This document shows, one piece after another, positions 10,591 through 23,021 of a stretch of 64,000 bases of DNA (position 1 is its first letter; each line of letters starts with the position of its first letter). Source of the DNA: Eledone cirrhosa (taxonomy: Eukaryota); the NCBI GenBank assembly GCA_964016885.1, contig OZ024741.1, positions 199,826,001 through 199,890,000 of the forward strand, given 5' to 3'. The notes beneath the pieces were generated by a model. It saw nothing but the letters and a program-made list of their open reading frames with translations. It was not told where the DNA came from and ran no database searches. A program made the translations under genes and the position numbers.

Positions 10591-11335
10591 AGTTATTTTT
10601 CCTAAATCTTTCGTTAACTACTTTTCCCATCTTGACGTTATAGTCGCATATATGTTATAGAATGCCGTTAGCTTCTTGCTAAAACAATCTCTATACCTCT
10701 CATTTATATTTATACTCGGATTCTTTTCCTAGAGTGCTTAAACTATCTGTGACTAATCCCGGTTTTTTTCATAAAAACTGTGATAATTATTGCTATTTTG
10801 CTGAACTCCTTTGTAGAGTTTTTTTCAGAATGTATTTGACTGCTATTTCTTGTAAATAAACATTCACTTCCATCCTGACGTCACTAGCCCCGTTTTTTCC
10901 TCATGTGCTTTTTCATAAATACACATGAAGGCGAACTAACCAGTTTTAGAACTCCCTTTTTCGGATTATATTACTGTGAGAGCCCTGGTTTCTGTTGAGC
11001 TCTGCTGATGAATGAAATCCAACCGTGACCATCTCCACTGAAAGTTTTCATGAAATAGTCTTTTAAGACTATACAGAGCATTTGATGTTATTCCAAATTG
11101 AAGGATAAGTGTTTCAAACTTTATTTTATCATGAGTTAGGTCTATAGATTTTTCCCTGGATTTTACTAAATTCTGTGGATGAATTTATATCCTGATTCTC
11201 TTTTGAGATGAGTTTGAGTTATTTTTCCTAAATCTTTCGTTAACTACTTTTCCCATCTTGACGTTATAGTCGCATATATGTTATAGAATGCCGTTAGCTT
11301 CTTGCTAAAACAATCTCTACACCTCTCATTTATAT
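10591..11335 (+). mobile_element. Retrozyme-like non-coding element: 626-nt unit plus 119-bp terminal direct repeat, inserted in (TA)n
   Basis: 10591-10709 equals 11217-11335 with one mismatch. No ORF of 60 aa or more in the track. Internal hammerhead; TA runs on both sides. Confidence 0.8.
10999..11079 (+). ncRNA. Type I hammerhead ribozyme (intact core)
   Basis: gctctg CTGATGA atgaaa-[28 nt]-tttcat GAAA tagtct-ttta-agacta TA cagagc. Three perfect 6-bp stems; predicted cleavage after A11073. Confidence 0.9.
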
Positions 11336-12391
11336 ATATATATATATATTTGTTATAAGAATATATTAAAGTTTAAGCAAAGAATCGCTGCTTTCAACAT
11401 TAACGGGATCTTCTGAAACTAAAAAATTCAATCTGTGACCGCAGAAGTAAATATTTCGAGAAACGTTGCAATCGAAGGAAAACAGGAAGACAATATTTTG
11501 GTTCGTGAAGACGTTCCCTAGTAATGAACGGAAAAAAAAGCGAGGATAATACGTCGTTATGTGGACTGAGAAGAACAATTTCATGCAAAGACAAGACCAA
11601 GTTTATGGTATAAATGGAGTCGTTAGACTAATATTCTATTTAAAATAACCGAATGATTTCCAGCCCCGGAGTTTAAGAATGATGTAAATAAAATTGAAAA
11701 CGAAAATGACAGAGGTTATTAAAATAGTAAAAGTAAATAGTGAAGATTTAGGCCAGTACATACGTATGGCCCGACGGACATACACATACAAATACATACA
11801 CACACACAAACACACACACAGACACACACACACACACACACACACGTGTGTGTGTGTGTAAACCTTATGCATTTCTACAGTATTTTCACCAAACTTAAGA
11901 CATAGGTTACATATGTACTCCGGATGGTCATGGGCACTTTCATTTTTCCAGATATTGATAATAGCCCCCCCCCCCCCCCCCCCCCGGCAGATAACCCCTT
12001 TAACCACTTTAACCACTTCTTTGGAGTCGACTGAAGCACTGCAGTGCATTGCAACAAAACGTCATAACTTCTAGAGTTCGCAACCGATTTTCACAAAACC
12101 TGACATATGGGCTACATTTGTTCTATAGATGAATGTGAACTCTCAGAATTGGCACATATTGAGTAGGGGACCCTTGGGGGCAGGAACCCCCTTTTGGAAA
12201 AAGCCGATGATTTTGTAAAAGTATAGTTTTCGAAGCAGCACTGAAGTATTGACATAAATGGTATACACAACTGCTATTTAATACCCGAACAACGCCGGGT
12301 ACCTCTGCTAGTATATATATATATATATATACATGATGTCTCACCCTTGCAAGCAGCGAAAAGCGAACGTAAAATGATGATGATGATGATG

Positions 12392-13785
12392 GACTCTCCC
12401 GTCGATTCGACGTATGAGGGTTCAACAGTTTTTTCAGTTTATTGTTTTATGTTTATGTCTCAAATGGCACTTCAATCCAGCTGCTGATTTACACATCAAT
12501 CTGCATTTGGTACAGGTGACAGGATCTTGAATAGAGCAGGCTCGAATGCCTGACTGGACTCTGGTGTCAGATCTTATCTCACAGAGATGGGCTAAACGAA
12601 ATTTCACAAAGTTCTTCATACCTTCGTGGCAGACGGTCCTCCATCTTTTACGGTTGGCGGCATATAGCTTCAAACGAAGAAGGAGGTATGCTGACAGACT
12701 TAAGATTGTACTTCAGTTTGTCCTTATATTGGAGTAGTGGTCTACCCATACTATACACTCCATCCTGGAGCTGACTGTACCACAGTACCTTAGACACCCG
12801 TAGGACATGACCATCCCATCTGAGTTGGGATTGCACCAGAAATGACTTAATCTCACCAATGTTGCACCTTGTGACAGTTTTGCATTGGAAACTCTGTCAG
12901 AAAGTGCATATCCACAAACAGAACAAAGACGGTGTGTTTGTGGAATACATCAAGCTTATGTATGTGAGTGCGGTAAAGTGTCCATGACTCTGAGCCATAT
13001 AAGAGTGTTGTCAGTATCACTGGGATATACCTTTGGCACTCCATATGCAGTGATGTAGTTTGCCAAAAGCATCAGCTGCCTTGGAGATGCAATTAACAAT
13101 CTCATCATCCAGGGATGCAGAGTGATTCACCTTGCTGTCAAAGTAAGTAAAGGAGCTCACATATTTCAGATCCTTGCCATCAATAGTGATGGGTGCAAGA
13201 GGATGCCCTTGATCTGGCCACATCTGTTTAACACCTCCTGCATACCTGGGGATGGCTTTGTTTGATGTACCACCTCAGTCTTCTTGATGCTGATTATTAG
13301 ACCAAAAGCTTTACAGGCAAGCGAAAAGCAGTTCATCAATTCTTGTGCCTCTTTGAGGGATGTTGCAATAAGTGCAGCATCATCAGCAAAGAGTAAATCG
13401 TGTGAGTATTTTAGCCAAAGCGCTGATGGTTAAATAGCCCACCTGATGTACAGAACTTAAATCTGACACCAGTGTCAAAATCGCCAAATACACGCTGGAG
13501 CATTACAGAAAAGAACAAAGCAAAGAAGACAGGAGCTATGACACAACCCTGCTTCGTACCATTTGTAACAGCAAAGGGTTCAGAGCATTCACCATCTGAC
13601 ATAATTGATGCTTCCATGCCCTCTTTGAAGGATATGATGATATTTAGCATATTATCAGGTATGCCAAGCTTTTTCAGGATTTTCCAAAAAGCTTTGCAAT
13701 TGACAGTGCCGAAGGCTTTAGTCAGGTCAACAAAAACCATAAACAGGTCTTGGTTCCTTTCACAAACCTTCTCTGTGACCTGTTG
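12392..13785 (-). mobile_element. RTE-clade (BovB-like) LINE, 5'-truncated and decayed
   Basis: FVDLTKAF, GTKQGCVIAPVFF, LLYGSESW, QLRWDGHV, C-terminal CTKCRLMCKSAAGLKCHLRHKH zinc finger. Confidence 0.88.
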
Positions 13786-14194
13786 AAGGCCATAATATCT
13801 ACCCAGCAATTCTTTCCTGAGACATTCTAACCACATGACCATAGTATCAGAGTAGTGATCTTTCAATTCAGAGAAGTAGGGACTCTCTGATCTCAGAGCT
13901 ACACACTCTATCAAGTAATGTTACTCCAAAGACCCTTAATTCTTTTTAAGGAAAACGTTGCTGTTATATTAAAAAATCTTTTAAAAACGGTAAAATATAC
14001 TATTAATCCTATTTAAATTATCATACATTATAGTTCGATAAATAGATAAAAATTAGAGAGTGAATTAATAAAACAATTAATTTACAGTGACATAAATATG
14101 TAAATGTTTTTAAAAAAATACAGCATAAGTTTTTATAAACACATGAGTTCTGTTTGATGTTGGTTTTAATTAATCTGGACTGAAGGCAATTATT

Positions 14195-14305
14195 ATATAT
14201 ATATATATATACAGATAGATAAATATAAATATATATATACATATATATATACATATAAATATATACATACATATATATAGACACACATACACACACACAC
14301 AGACG

Positions 14306-14355
<50 letters not shown>

Positions 14356-14356
14356 A

Positions 14357-14403
<47 letters not shown>

Positions 14404-14435
14404 CAAATATATATACACATATATATATATATACA
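14195..14435. repeat. Compound (TA)n/(CA)n microsatellite
   Basis: Direct reading. Confidence 0.95.
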
Positions 14436-15094
14436 GATATTAGGAATAAGAGGGATCAGATGTTGTTTACTCGAGAGAAGACTACATTGGTACGGTCACG
14501 TGCTGCGCATGAAAGACGGCAGGTGTATAAAAAAGTGCAGGGCAATAAAAATAGACAGTAGCCATGGAGTAGGCAGACCCAGAAAAACCTGGGACGACTT
14601 GATAAATTCCAACCTCACACACTTACACCTCTCCAAGACAATGTCACTGGACCGAGATCTTTGGCACTACACAGTAATACAGAAGACCCGCCTTGCCTAA
14701 GTACAAAGCGACACCTACTACAGTCAGTAGGCACCTCTAACAAAATACACCCCCGTCCCACTACCCCCACCCCATCCACACCACCCCTTTCGATGTAAAG
14801 TTATGTTGGTACCACAACATCCAGTCCGAAATAAATGAGGTTGTGTAGGTGTCACGACAAAAAACACACAGTCCACGCTGTTATGTGGCCGTGTAGGTAA
14901 CACGATAAAAACCTCCCAGTCCACACTGTAAACGTGGTTGGTGTTAGGAAGGGCATCCAGCCATAGAAAACCCGCCAGACAGTCCTATACGAGCAAGACA
15001 ACCAATCTTGCCTCAAGCGGGAAAATTCCCGCCCAAACCCATGCAAGCGTGGAAGATGGACGTTAAACGATGATGATGATGATGATGATGATGA
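14436..15094 (+). mobile_element. RTE LINE 3' end with long 3'UTR and (GAT)n tail
   Basis: [14 protein letters not shown]...GRPRKTW; 3'UTR ggaagggcatccagcc...gttaaacgatgatgat. Nearly identical copy at 25833-26372. Confidence 0.88.
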
Positions 15095-15689
15095 TAGAAA
15101 TATACATACATAAGTGTCCATTTTTCCATGTTTGCATGGGTTAGATGTGTCGTCCATGCCAAGAGGCAAATCTGGCCTGAGTTGGCCATGTCGCACCTTG
15201 CTCTGGTGAGGACTGTAAATTTGGCAGGGTTTTTTACAGCGGGATGCCCTTCCTAACACTAACCACATTTACAGTGTGGAACTGGATGGCTCTGTTGTGA
15301 GGAGGGACAGGCCAGTTGACCGCACCGAACCCATTTCACAATGGAACCAAAGTTTTGGAGCCCAGTACTGGATAGCACTGATATGAGGAGCCTAACCCAT
15401 CTCACAGCATAACCACAGTTGGCCTCGCTATGTAGAGGGACAGGTAGTTGGCTGCGCCAAACCCTTCTCACAGTGGCATCCCAGTTTCAGAGCCAGGCAA
15501 TCTCCATGCGACATACTCGTCTCAATACAAAACCACATGAGAGCCTAGGACTGGATGACACTACGATTGGAGGGAGAGGCCAGTTGGCCAAACCAAACCC
15601 TTCACACAGCGGACCCTCAGTTCAGCTGTTGGAATGCCACGTGACTCACCTGCTCACACCAGAACCCCAGTTTCGGAACTGGTGACTCT

Positions 15690-16390
15690 TCACTTGTCGA
15701 ATCCTTCTCAATACAAAATCACATTTTACTTCTGGATGACTGCGATGAATACCTGTGACCTTCATGACCTGGTCAACTAACTTAATGCCTCTATAGTTTT
15801 CTCTATCTAGAGTGTCACCTTCGCTCTTGTAGCAGTTAACGATGATGCTGCTACACCAGTCATTTGGTATGACCCTATTCTGTATTACTTGGTTTACTAT
15901 ACAGATGACTATGATATGACCTATCATCTCAGATGCTTTCAACATCTCAGCAACTATCCCTGAAGGTCCAGCTGCCTTGCCTGTCTTCATATCTTTGATT
16001 GGCTTACTTACTATACTACTACTAACTTCGCACAGCTGGTCCCTCTGTTGGATCAACTTGGGGAAAACTATCTTTATCCCATTCATTCTCCTCATTTAAT
16101 AATCTTTCATAGTGGAACTTCCATGCTGCCTTCTTATCAATATCAGTGAGGGGAAGTATACCATTATCATTACGGACACACTTCTCCCCAACAATATCAC
16201 AATTTTCCTTGACACATTGCCTCACAATCCTGAACACCTCACGTTTATGGTCCTCGCGTTGTAGAACATACTTGAACCTTCTATTCTCTGCTTCCCTTCT
16301 TGCAAAGTACACCTGTTGCCTAGCTTTTCTCCTACCTACCTGATAGTGTTCTCTACTTTTCCCATCCCGCCATTCTTTCCAAGCCCACCA
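15690..16390 (-). mobile_element. RTE LINE internal fragment
   Basis: AWKEW...DIVGEKCVRND...MKTGKAAGPSGIVAEMLKAS...NYRGIKLVDQVMKV; same family as 795-3810 and 60480-63790. Confidence 0.88.
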
Positions 16391-16391
16391 G

Positions 16392-16424
<33 letters not shown>

Positions 16425-16487
16425 TACATATGTGTATATATATCAAAGTTATAGTAAGAGAAAATACAACCAAAGTACTTGAAAAAG

Positions 16488-16612
16488 TGTTTGTTTGTTT
16501 ACAAATTGTTTCGAAGGATATGATCACAATACTATAAATATTTGAATCAATAGGTTTGCGTGTTATTAAGAGCAAATCATAACCCTAACCTCTTCTTCGG
16601 AACATACAAACA
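16488..16612 (-). ncRNA. Variant/degenerate type I hammerhead-like motif with long stem II insertion
   Basis: tgtttgtatgtt CCGAAGA agagg...atccttc GAAA caatttg TA aacaaacaaaca. 12-bp stem I with one mismatch; core has U4>C. Confidence 0.4.
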
Positions 16613-17621
16613 AATTTCAAAATATATGTCACTTAGGGACGAATTAAAACAAGCAGTTTTTATCAGAAAAAAACCCCCCAGAAAGGTTTGTTTTCTGATG
16701 ACACAGGTTCCAGATCTCTGGTGTTATGCAGCATAAGACCCGCCTCTCCATGTGCACAGGTTGAAGCATGAATCTTGCATGTACTGCCTTCCCATCCCCT
16801 CTCCATACACCCCCACCCTTCATTCATGTCTCTCCCTCTCTCCTATTCCATGAACCTGTCATGTCCTAATACTTCACCCACACCCTAACATTCCACCCTT
16901 TATCCAAGTTCCTACACCCCCAACTTTCATCAGATAAATATCCCACTCTAGATCTACCTCACCAATCCCCATGAACCTCCTACCCCTACCCCTACCCCAC
17001 ACTCTAAAGTGGTTGTGTAGGTGTTACAATAAAAAGCACCCAATACACACTGAAAATATGGTTGGCATTAAGAAGGGCATCCAGCCATAGAAACCAAGCC
17101 AGAAGCAGTTCTGTGTGTGTGAGACATGGTCATCTGATTTGGCTTATCTCACAACAGGACAACTCGTCTAACCCATGCTAGTGTGGAAAAATGGATGTTA
17201 CATAGTGATGGCGGTGATGATGATGAGGATAAAGGGTTTAATCAGAAACCTCAGTTCCTTTCTTCTGAAATAATCTGATTTTGCTATTTGTCATTTTGCC
17301 ACTCTCTTATGTATCTTGGGTAAATTGATCCAGAAAATATGGGTCCCAACTGAGTTGACAACTTTACAGATCATTAAGTTTGATACAGAACTTGGAGTTA
17401 TCTGAGTATTAACTTGATGATTCAAATTAACCTGATGATGTTAACAATGAATCAAAACAAATGTATATACAGTGACAAAAATGTGAAACACACATACACA
17501 CACACAGGCATGTACGTGCATACACACACACACACAAATAAAGCATTTAGTTAAACTTACTGTTTATTAAAAATTAATTGTTAAAAAATAAATTGAAGCA
17601 TAAAAGTTTTGAGAGAAATAC

Positions 17622-17708
17622 CTGCCATGAAATAAAAGCACCCCCTCCATCATCCATGGCTCCTTGTCCAACATCCCAGCTGTCAATATGGCCACTGACT
17701 AAAACAAT
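17622..17708 (-). CDS. CPQ: Carboxypeptidase Q coding exon (87 nt, phase 0-0), zinc-ligand His and Asp
   Basis: ctaaatag|ATT...CAG|gtattt. [29 protein letters not shown]; M28 HxDS and DDxxG motifs. Confidence 0.97.
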
Positions 17709-17747
17709 CTATTTAGAAATACATAACATTATATTATTATTGAAGTG

Positions 17748-17940
17748 GGCGGTGGATTGGCAGTATCGGTAGAGGGTCGGACGCCATGCTTTGACGCATA
17801 GAGTTACGGCCCTTGTCATTCTGAGTTCAAATCCCGCCGAGGTTAACTTTGCCTTTCCTCCTTACGGGGTCGATAAAATAAAGTACCAGTAATACACTGG
17901 GTAATTGCTGGCCTTTTGCCAAAAGTAGAAACAATTATAT
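17748..17940 (+). mobile_element. tRNA-derived SINE
   Basis: Head ggattggcagtatcggtagag..., B-box-like gagttcaaatccc, conserved core gaggttaactttgcctttc.tccttacggggtcgataaaataaagtaccag, tail gtagaaacaattat. Confidence 0.88.
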
Positions 17941-18014
17941 TATTATTGAAATGGAATTAGGGATAAACTAAATATGTAGAAACAATTAAATAAACCAGAA
18001 CAGGGCTTATCAAT

Positions 18015-18232
18015 AATGGTTTCTGATTTAGGCACAAGGCCAACACATTTGGGGAGGGGAAAGTTGATTAAATCGACCCCAGTGTATTACTGGTACTATA
18101 TTTTATCGACCCCGTAAGGATGAAAGACAAAGCTAACCTCAGTGGGATTTGAACTTAGAATCTAAAGTGTAATATCTACATGCCACAAAGCATGCTGTCT
18201 GACTTTCTACCAATACTGCCAATCCACTGCCG
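18015..18232 (-). mobile_element. Same SINE family, inverted relative to 17748-17940
   Basis: ctggtactatattttatcgaccccgtaaggatgaaag...ggatttgaac is the reverse complement of the core. Confidence 0.85.
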
Positions 18233-19111
18233 TTGAAAACATGTTGAAAAAATAATGAAAGGACTTCCATATAATAATGTCTTTTGTACTTCCTTGCAAT
18301 AATAACAAGAATAATTGCATGAATTAATACCAATTCTTTTTTTATTTATCCTACATTAGATTAACATGATACAACTACATAGAGAAAAAAAACTAACATA
18401 CATGTTGTATCCAATATTAGTTACAGGCAAAGTAAGTTCAAGAGATATAAGCATGTTTATATGTGATGAAAAAGTGTGTTGGACCAAATTATAAATAGCT
18501 TAATAAAGCATAATTCTTTATATTAACGACATATAAATTTTAGTGCCTGAAAGAATATATTTAATGGAAATATTGATGGGAAAAAGCTTGCAAAATACAA
18601 TTCTGACCAGCATGGAACCAGGAGAAAGGATTATATTTCTTCTCATTGAATTGAGCCTTAACTCTCCTTTTATACTTATTCTAATACATGGACATACAGT
18701 TATTACAGAGTGAGAGATCAAGAGAAAGATGAGACCACTTACTTAATGTGGCCATAGGTAGAATGAATCAACTCAACACTATCAATAATCTAGAACAATG
18801 ATTCTCAAACAGGAATCACTTGGCTCCTAGGGGAGGAATATTTTAGTCAAGGGAGAAACTGGGGAGGAATCAAACTTGCAAAGAAGAGTGTACATCATGT
18901 ATATATGTATGGACTTGTAACTTCTGAAGGAGTCATGGGGGCATTGTAGTGACATACAGTGTATTTGGGGTACTTTAAACCTAGGGTAACTTATCTCTCT
19001 CCAGATCTGAACACAGCCGATTTCTTCCTAAGAAGGAGAGGAAATGGAAAAAAGAGATATAAAGGAAGAATCGACCGAGACACTGAAATTTATAATTGTA
19101 GTTAGATTTAC

Positions 19112-19215
19112 CTGTTCAGGGTACTTATGGCCTACAACTTCTGCAACGATATTCCTCGAGTCAGTAGAGTTATATGTTTTGGCAGACATCTTCAAGACAA
19201 TAATAATTTTACTTC
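19112..19215 (-). CDS. CPQ: Carboxypeptidase Q coding exon (104 nt, phase 1-0)
   Basis: tttctttcag|GA...CAG|gtaaat. (G)SKIIIVLKMSAKTYNSTDSRNIVAEVVGHKYPEQ. Confidence 0.95.
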
Positions 19216-20689
19216 CTGAAAGAAACAAAAGTATATACGACAATAATAACAACAACAATAATTAGGCAATAGGCCAGCAATTCGGGGGTAAAGATAATGG
19301 CTAGAAAATTCCTTGTCAAGTAGTCAATGTAGTGCACAGGAACAGCAATTCCAAAACCTGCAAATACCTGGACCACAGGACGTCATCCAGTTATCTATTC
19401 TTTTTCAGCCTATACTTACACAACTCTGCAATATCCCCATAACAATTCAGACAACTTCATATTTAAATGGCATTACATTCACATCCTTTCACCATTCTCC
19501 AGATATTATTGCAAAATTACTCCAACTTGGTTTAAATCACTTAGAAACCTGGCTGCAAAATAACACACTTAAAGGAGCATCTACCAAAATCCACTGTCAC
19601 TTCTTACTAGCAATACCAAGCATCCTCAAACACAACCAAGCCTTATGAAGAACAATATAAACATACCACATACTAGAAGTTACACACAACTTCTCCACAA
19701 AGTTCACTTAGAAGATATGATGCACAAATATACTTAGAGCAATCCCAAGTATCACATTTGGTCAACAGAAAGAAACAATAACAATGGTGTATAGACAACA
19801 CATTAGATGTGTAGCGCTCTCTAGACAAGGGAAGTAGCTAGAGTTACTTCCTGTTGAATTTCTAAAATATTCCTTAAACTTCCGTTCCAGGGATTATAAA
19901 AGATAGAGCAAAAAAGCGATCTTCTTTTGGCGGCAAGCTCTCAAACTGACCACATCGAGCACAAATATGTTAAGCTTTTTCTAATCCTATCTTGTATTCC
20001 AGGATTACACCATATCATGTCACGAGGTACGTTTTGTTACCACATTTGTAATACATGGACTACAATAAATGCAAGTTATTTTGATACTCGTTTTGAGAAG
20101 CTCTTCATGCCTCAGTTATTACTTCGAATGTAGAGAGAGATAATTCTCACAAAAAAAGAAATTGTATGAAAGTTCTTTCTATTAAAATTAGTAGTTGGGA
20201 TCTGGTGGTACTTACTGGAATAAGTAACCCTGGGACCAACTCCCTAAAGATGTATTGTGGACTATGTCAGTCCTATTTAGGTCCTAAATATCTCCAAAGC
20301 AAACCAGAGTAAACTATAAAGAACACATGACAGCAACAATGCATCATATCAGGTTGTACACCTTCACAGATTACCCACACAACCAAACAAAACATAAAAA
20401 AACCTGATCATTTTAATGTTCCAGCAAGCTTCAACTATCCTGTTACTCCATTAAAAACCATGTCCAAACACACAGACACATATATAACACTCCAGAACAC
20501 TACTACAATAACTCCTACAAACATTATATTCCCCATTCAGCCAAGGAAATATAAGGTACATATCGATCGATGTGATCGACAAAATTCCAGACCTCATTTG
20601 CTTACTGAGTTGGGTGGAACTTGTCAAATCAGACCAAGGAAACAATATTATCATTGGTCTTTCCATTACTGATACTATCTAGTGGTCAC

Positions 20690-20822
20690 AACTCCTGGTA
20701 AAAGGAGCAACAAGAAATAACATGTCTTGCTCAAGGACATAACACATTGCCCAGTTCAGGAATGAAACTCAGAACCTCATGATTGCGAATCCAATTCCCT
20801 GACTACTAAGCCATGCGACTTC
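20690..20822 (-). mobile_element. Second SINE family fragment
   Basis: tgtcttgctcaaggacataacac...aactcagaacctcatgattgcgaatcc...actaagccatgcg; related pieces at about 30300-30362 and 48490-48585. Confidence 0.6.
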
Positions 20823-22010
20823 ACATGGAGCATATACACCTAGTTATAGTTCAGAATGTTATGCTGTACTCCATATGATTTATCAATACATGTTAAAATA
20901 TGCAGTATTTCTATCAGTTGAACAAAGATATGATATAATAGTGAAGATAGTTCTGCAGAACTGTTTGATCAGAGACCATCTGGGACTACACAACATTAAC
21001 ATTATGCACAATCCAAAGGATAACCATATTAGATACAGTCCATATCTTATGCTAAGTGTTTTCAATTCAATAGCACAGCTTAAACAGGACACTTCTTGCA
21101 GACAGCACATACCCCATACAATATCTGCCAAACAAAATAGCACAATATATACAACACATGTTCAACAGAATCACCACTAAACAACATAACACATACAACA
21201 CATACTCTATAAAATCACAGCACATTAAAATAACATAAAATATACCATTATACCATTACATCATTACCAACTCCTATTCTACACAGTTGCTACCTAACAC
21301 ATACGCATACGTTATACAATATCCACTTTGCAACTGAGGTCTTAAGTAGAATCTTTATTAATTCTTTAATGTGTATAAAAATATAATTATATAATTCATT
21401 GAACAATAATGATAAAGGAAAGAAAAAAGAGAGGTGGGTGGGGGTGGGTGGGGGGCAATTCACCATCAAGTGCAACAATCGGCCACACCTCACACCTTAG
21501 GGGTTGACTACAGACTTTGAGGCAAACCAATACACTCGCAGCATTACCATGGCTGATGGCGAGGCTAAGGCACTAAAATAACCAGGCACCCTCATGGGCA
21601 TCACCTGACACCTCAGTAAGGTGATTACATGATTACAATATTAACATTGACAACTTCTAATCCACACAATCACTACCTAACAATATAAACAATACATACT
21701 CTATACAATCAATATCCTACACCAAACCACACAGTGAAGAAATCTAGTGAAATCTCAAATAGAAACTCCATTAACTCTTTTGTTACCATATTTCTAACAA
21801 AATACACTGCTATACGTACCAATAAATTTAGAAAAGTTGGAGGAATTTAATAAAATAATTAACCTTTTCATTAGCAAGCGGGAGGTTTCAATATATGTAT
21901 AAACATTTTAAAATAAATAGTTATGCATCATATAACTAGAGCAGTTTCAGGCAGGGTGGTATCAATAGGGCTAAAAGAGGATTGTAAAGTGTTTTGAAAT
22001 AAGTACAAAC

Positions 22011-22095
22011 CTCGTTTGGACATGCGATCTATCATTTCAGCATCCTCAAGAGTTATACAGGCTGTAGGTATTTTATGGACACCTTCACTATAAGA
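22011..22095 (-). CDS. CPQ: Carboxypeptidase Q coding exon (85 nt, phase 0-1)
   Basis: tacttag|TCT...CGAG|gtttgt. SYSEGVHKIPTACITLEDAEMIDRMSKR(G); KIPTACITxEDAEM motif. Confidence 0.95.
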
Positions 22096-22299
22096 CTAAG
22101 TATAACAAAATTATTAAGAATAACAGTAAAGTATCTATAGTATCCACAAATTAAATTTTGTTTGTATTAACACTTTTATTACCATATTTTCATTGAAATA
22201 TACTGCCTAGGTTTACAAGTTAATTTTGAAAATAATCAACAATTTGCATTTGGCGTTTAGTAAAATAAGTAATTTTGATATTATTTGAAACATAGCTAA

Positions 22300-22920
22300 T
22301 CATCATCATTGTTTTTACATCTGTTTTTCCTCACTTGCATGAGTTAGATAGGTCCTATTCAGCACAGTATCTCTCCACTCACTGCATTCCTTTGGTATCT
22401 CCTCTGTGAGTCTCAGTGATTTAAGATAAGCTCTCACCACCTTTGCTCAGGTCGTCCTTGGTCTACCTCTACTGTGGTTTCCTTTCTCTGGGATTTCCTG
22501 GCACTTCTTCACCCACCAATCATCATCAATGTGCATCGCATGTCTGTTACCAATGCTGTCATGCACACCACTTTGGATTCCTCTTAGACCCAGTTTCTCC
22601 TTCAGTTCATCCAAGCTCTGCCTTTCTTTCAATTTACATTGCACATCCAATGAAGAAGGGTTGCTTCATTTCCCTCCAGCCTACGCATGTCCTCTGCAGT
22701 CATAGCCCATGTTTCACTACCATGCAGCATTGCACTTCACACACAGGCATCATAGTCATCCTTTTGTACACAGGGAGAAACCTTTTGTTGTCAACAGTGG
22801 GAGTAGCTCTCTAAACTTCTTTCATCCTATCTTTATTCTAACTATTATACTCTTGGAGTACTCTCCTCCACTGCTAATTAGGTCACCTAAATAGCAGAAG
22901 CTATCAATGACTTGTATGGA
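22300..22920 (-). mobile_element. RTE LINE 3' fragment
   Basis: Homologous to 3190-3810; (CAT)n tail at the left end. Confidence 0.85.
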
Positions 22921-23021
22921 ATCAAAATTAATACTGCAAGGTATTCTGTTCAATGATTTAATGAGTTTTAATAGTACAAATCCACTGTAAGGTAGATGAT
23001 TTCCAATTGCATCAATCTATA

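Larger units (their letters stand above)
9713..12311 (+). mobile_element. Non-autonomous Helitron-like element with nested microsatellites and the hammerhead-bearing unit
   Basis: 5' a|TCtatacatataaaac; 3' GC-rich hairpin cccgaacaacgccggg followed by ctgCTAG|t. Pairing of these two ends is inferred. Confidence 0.6.
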
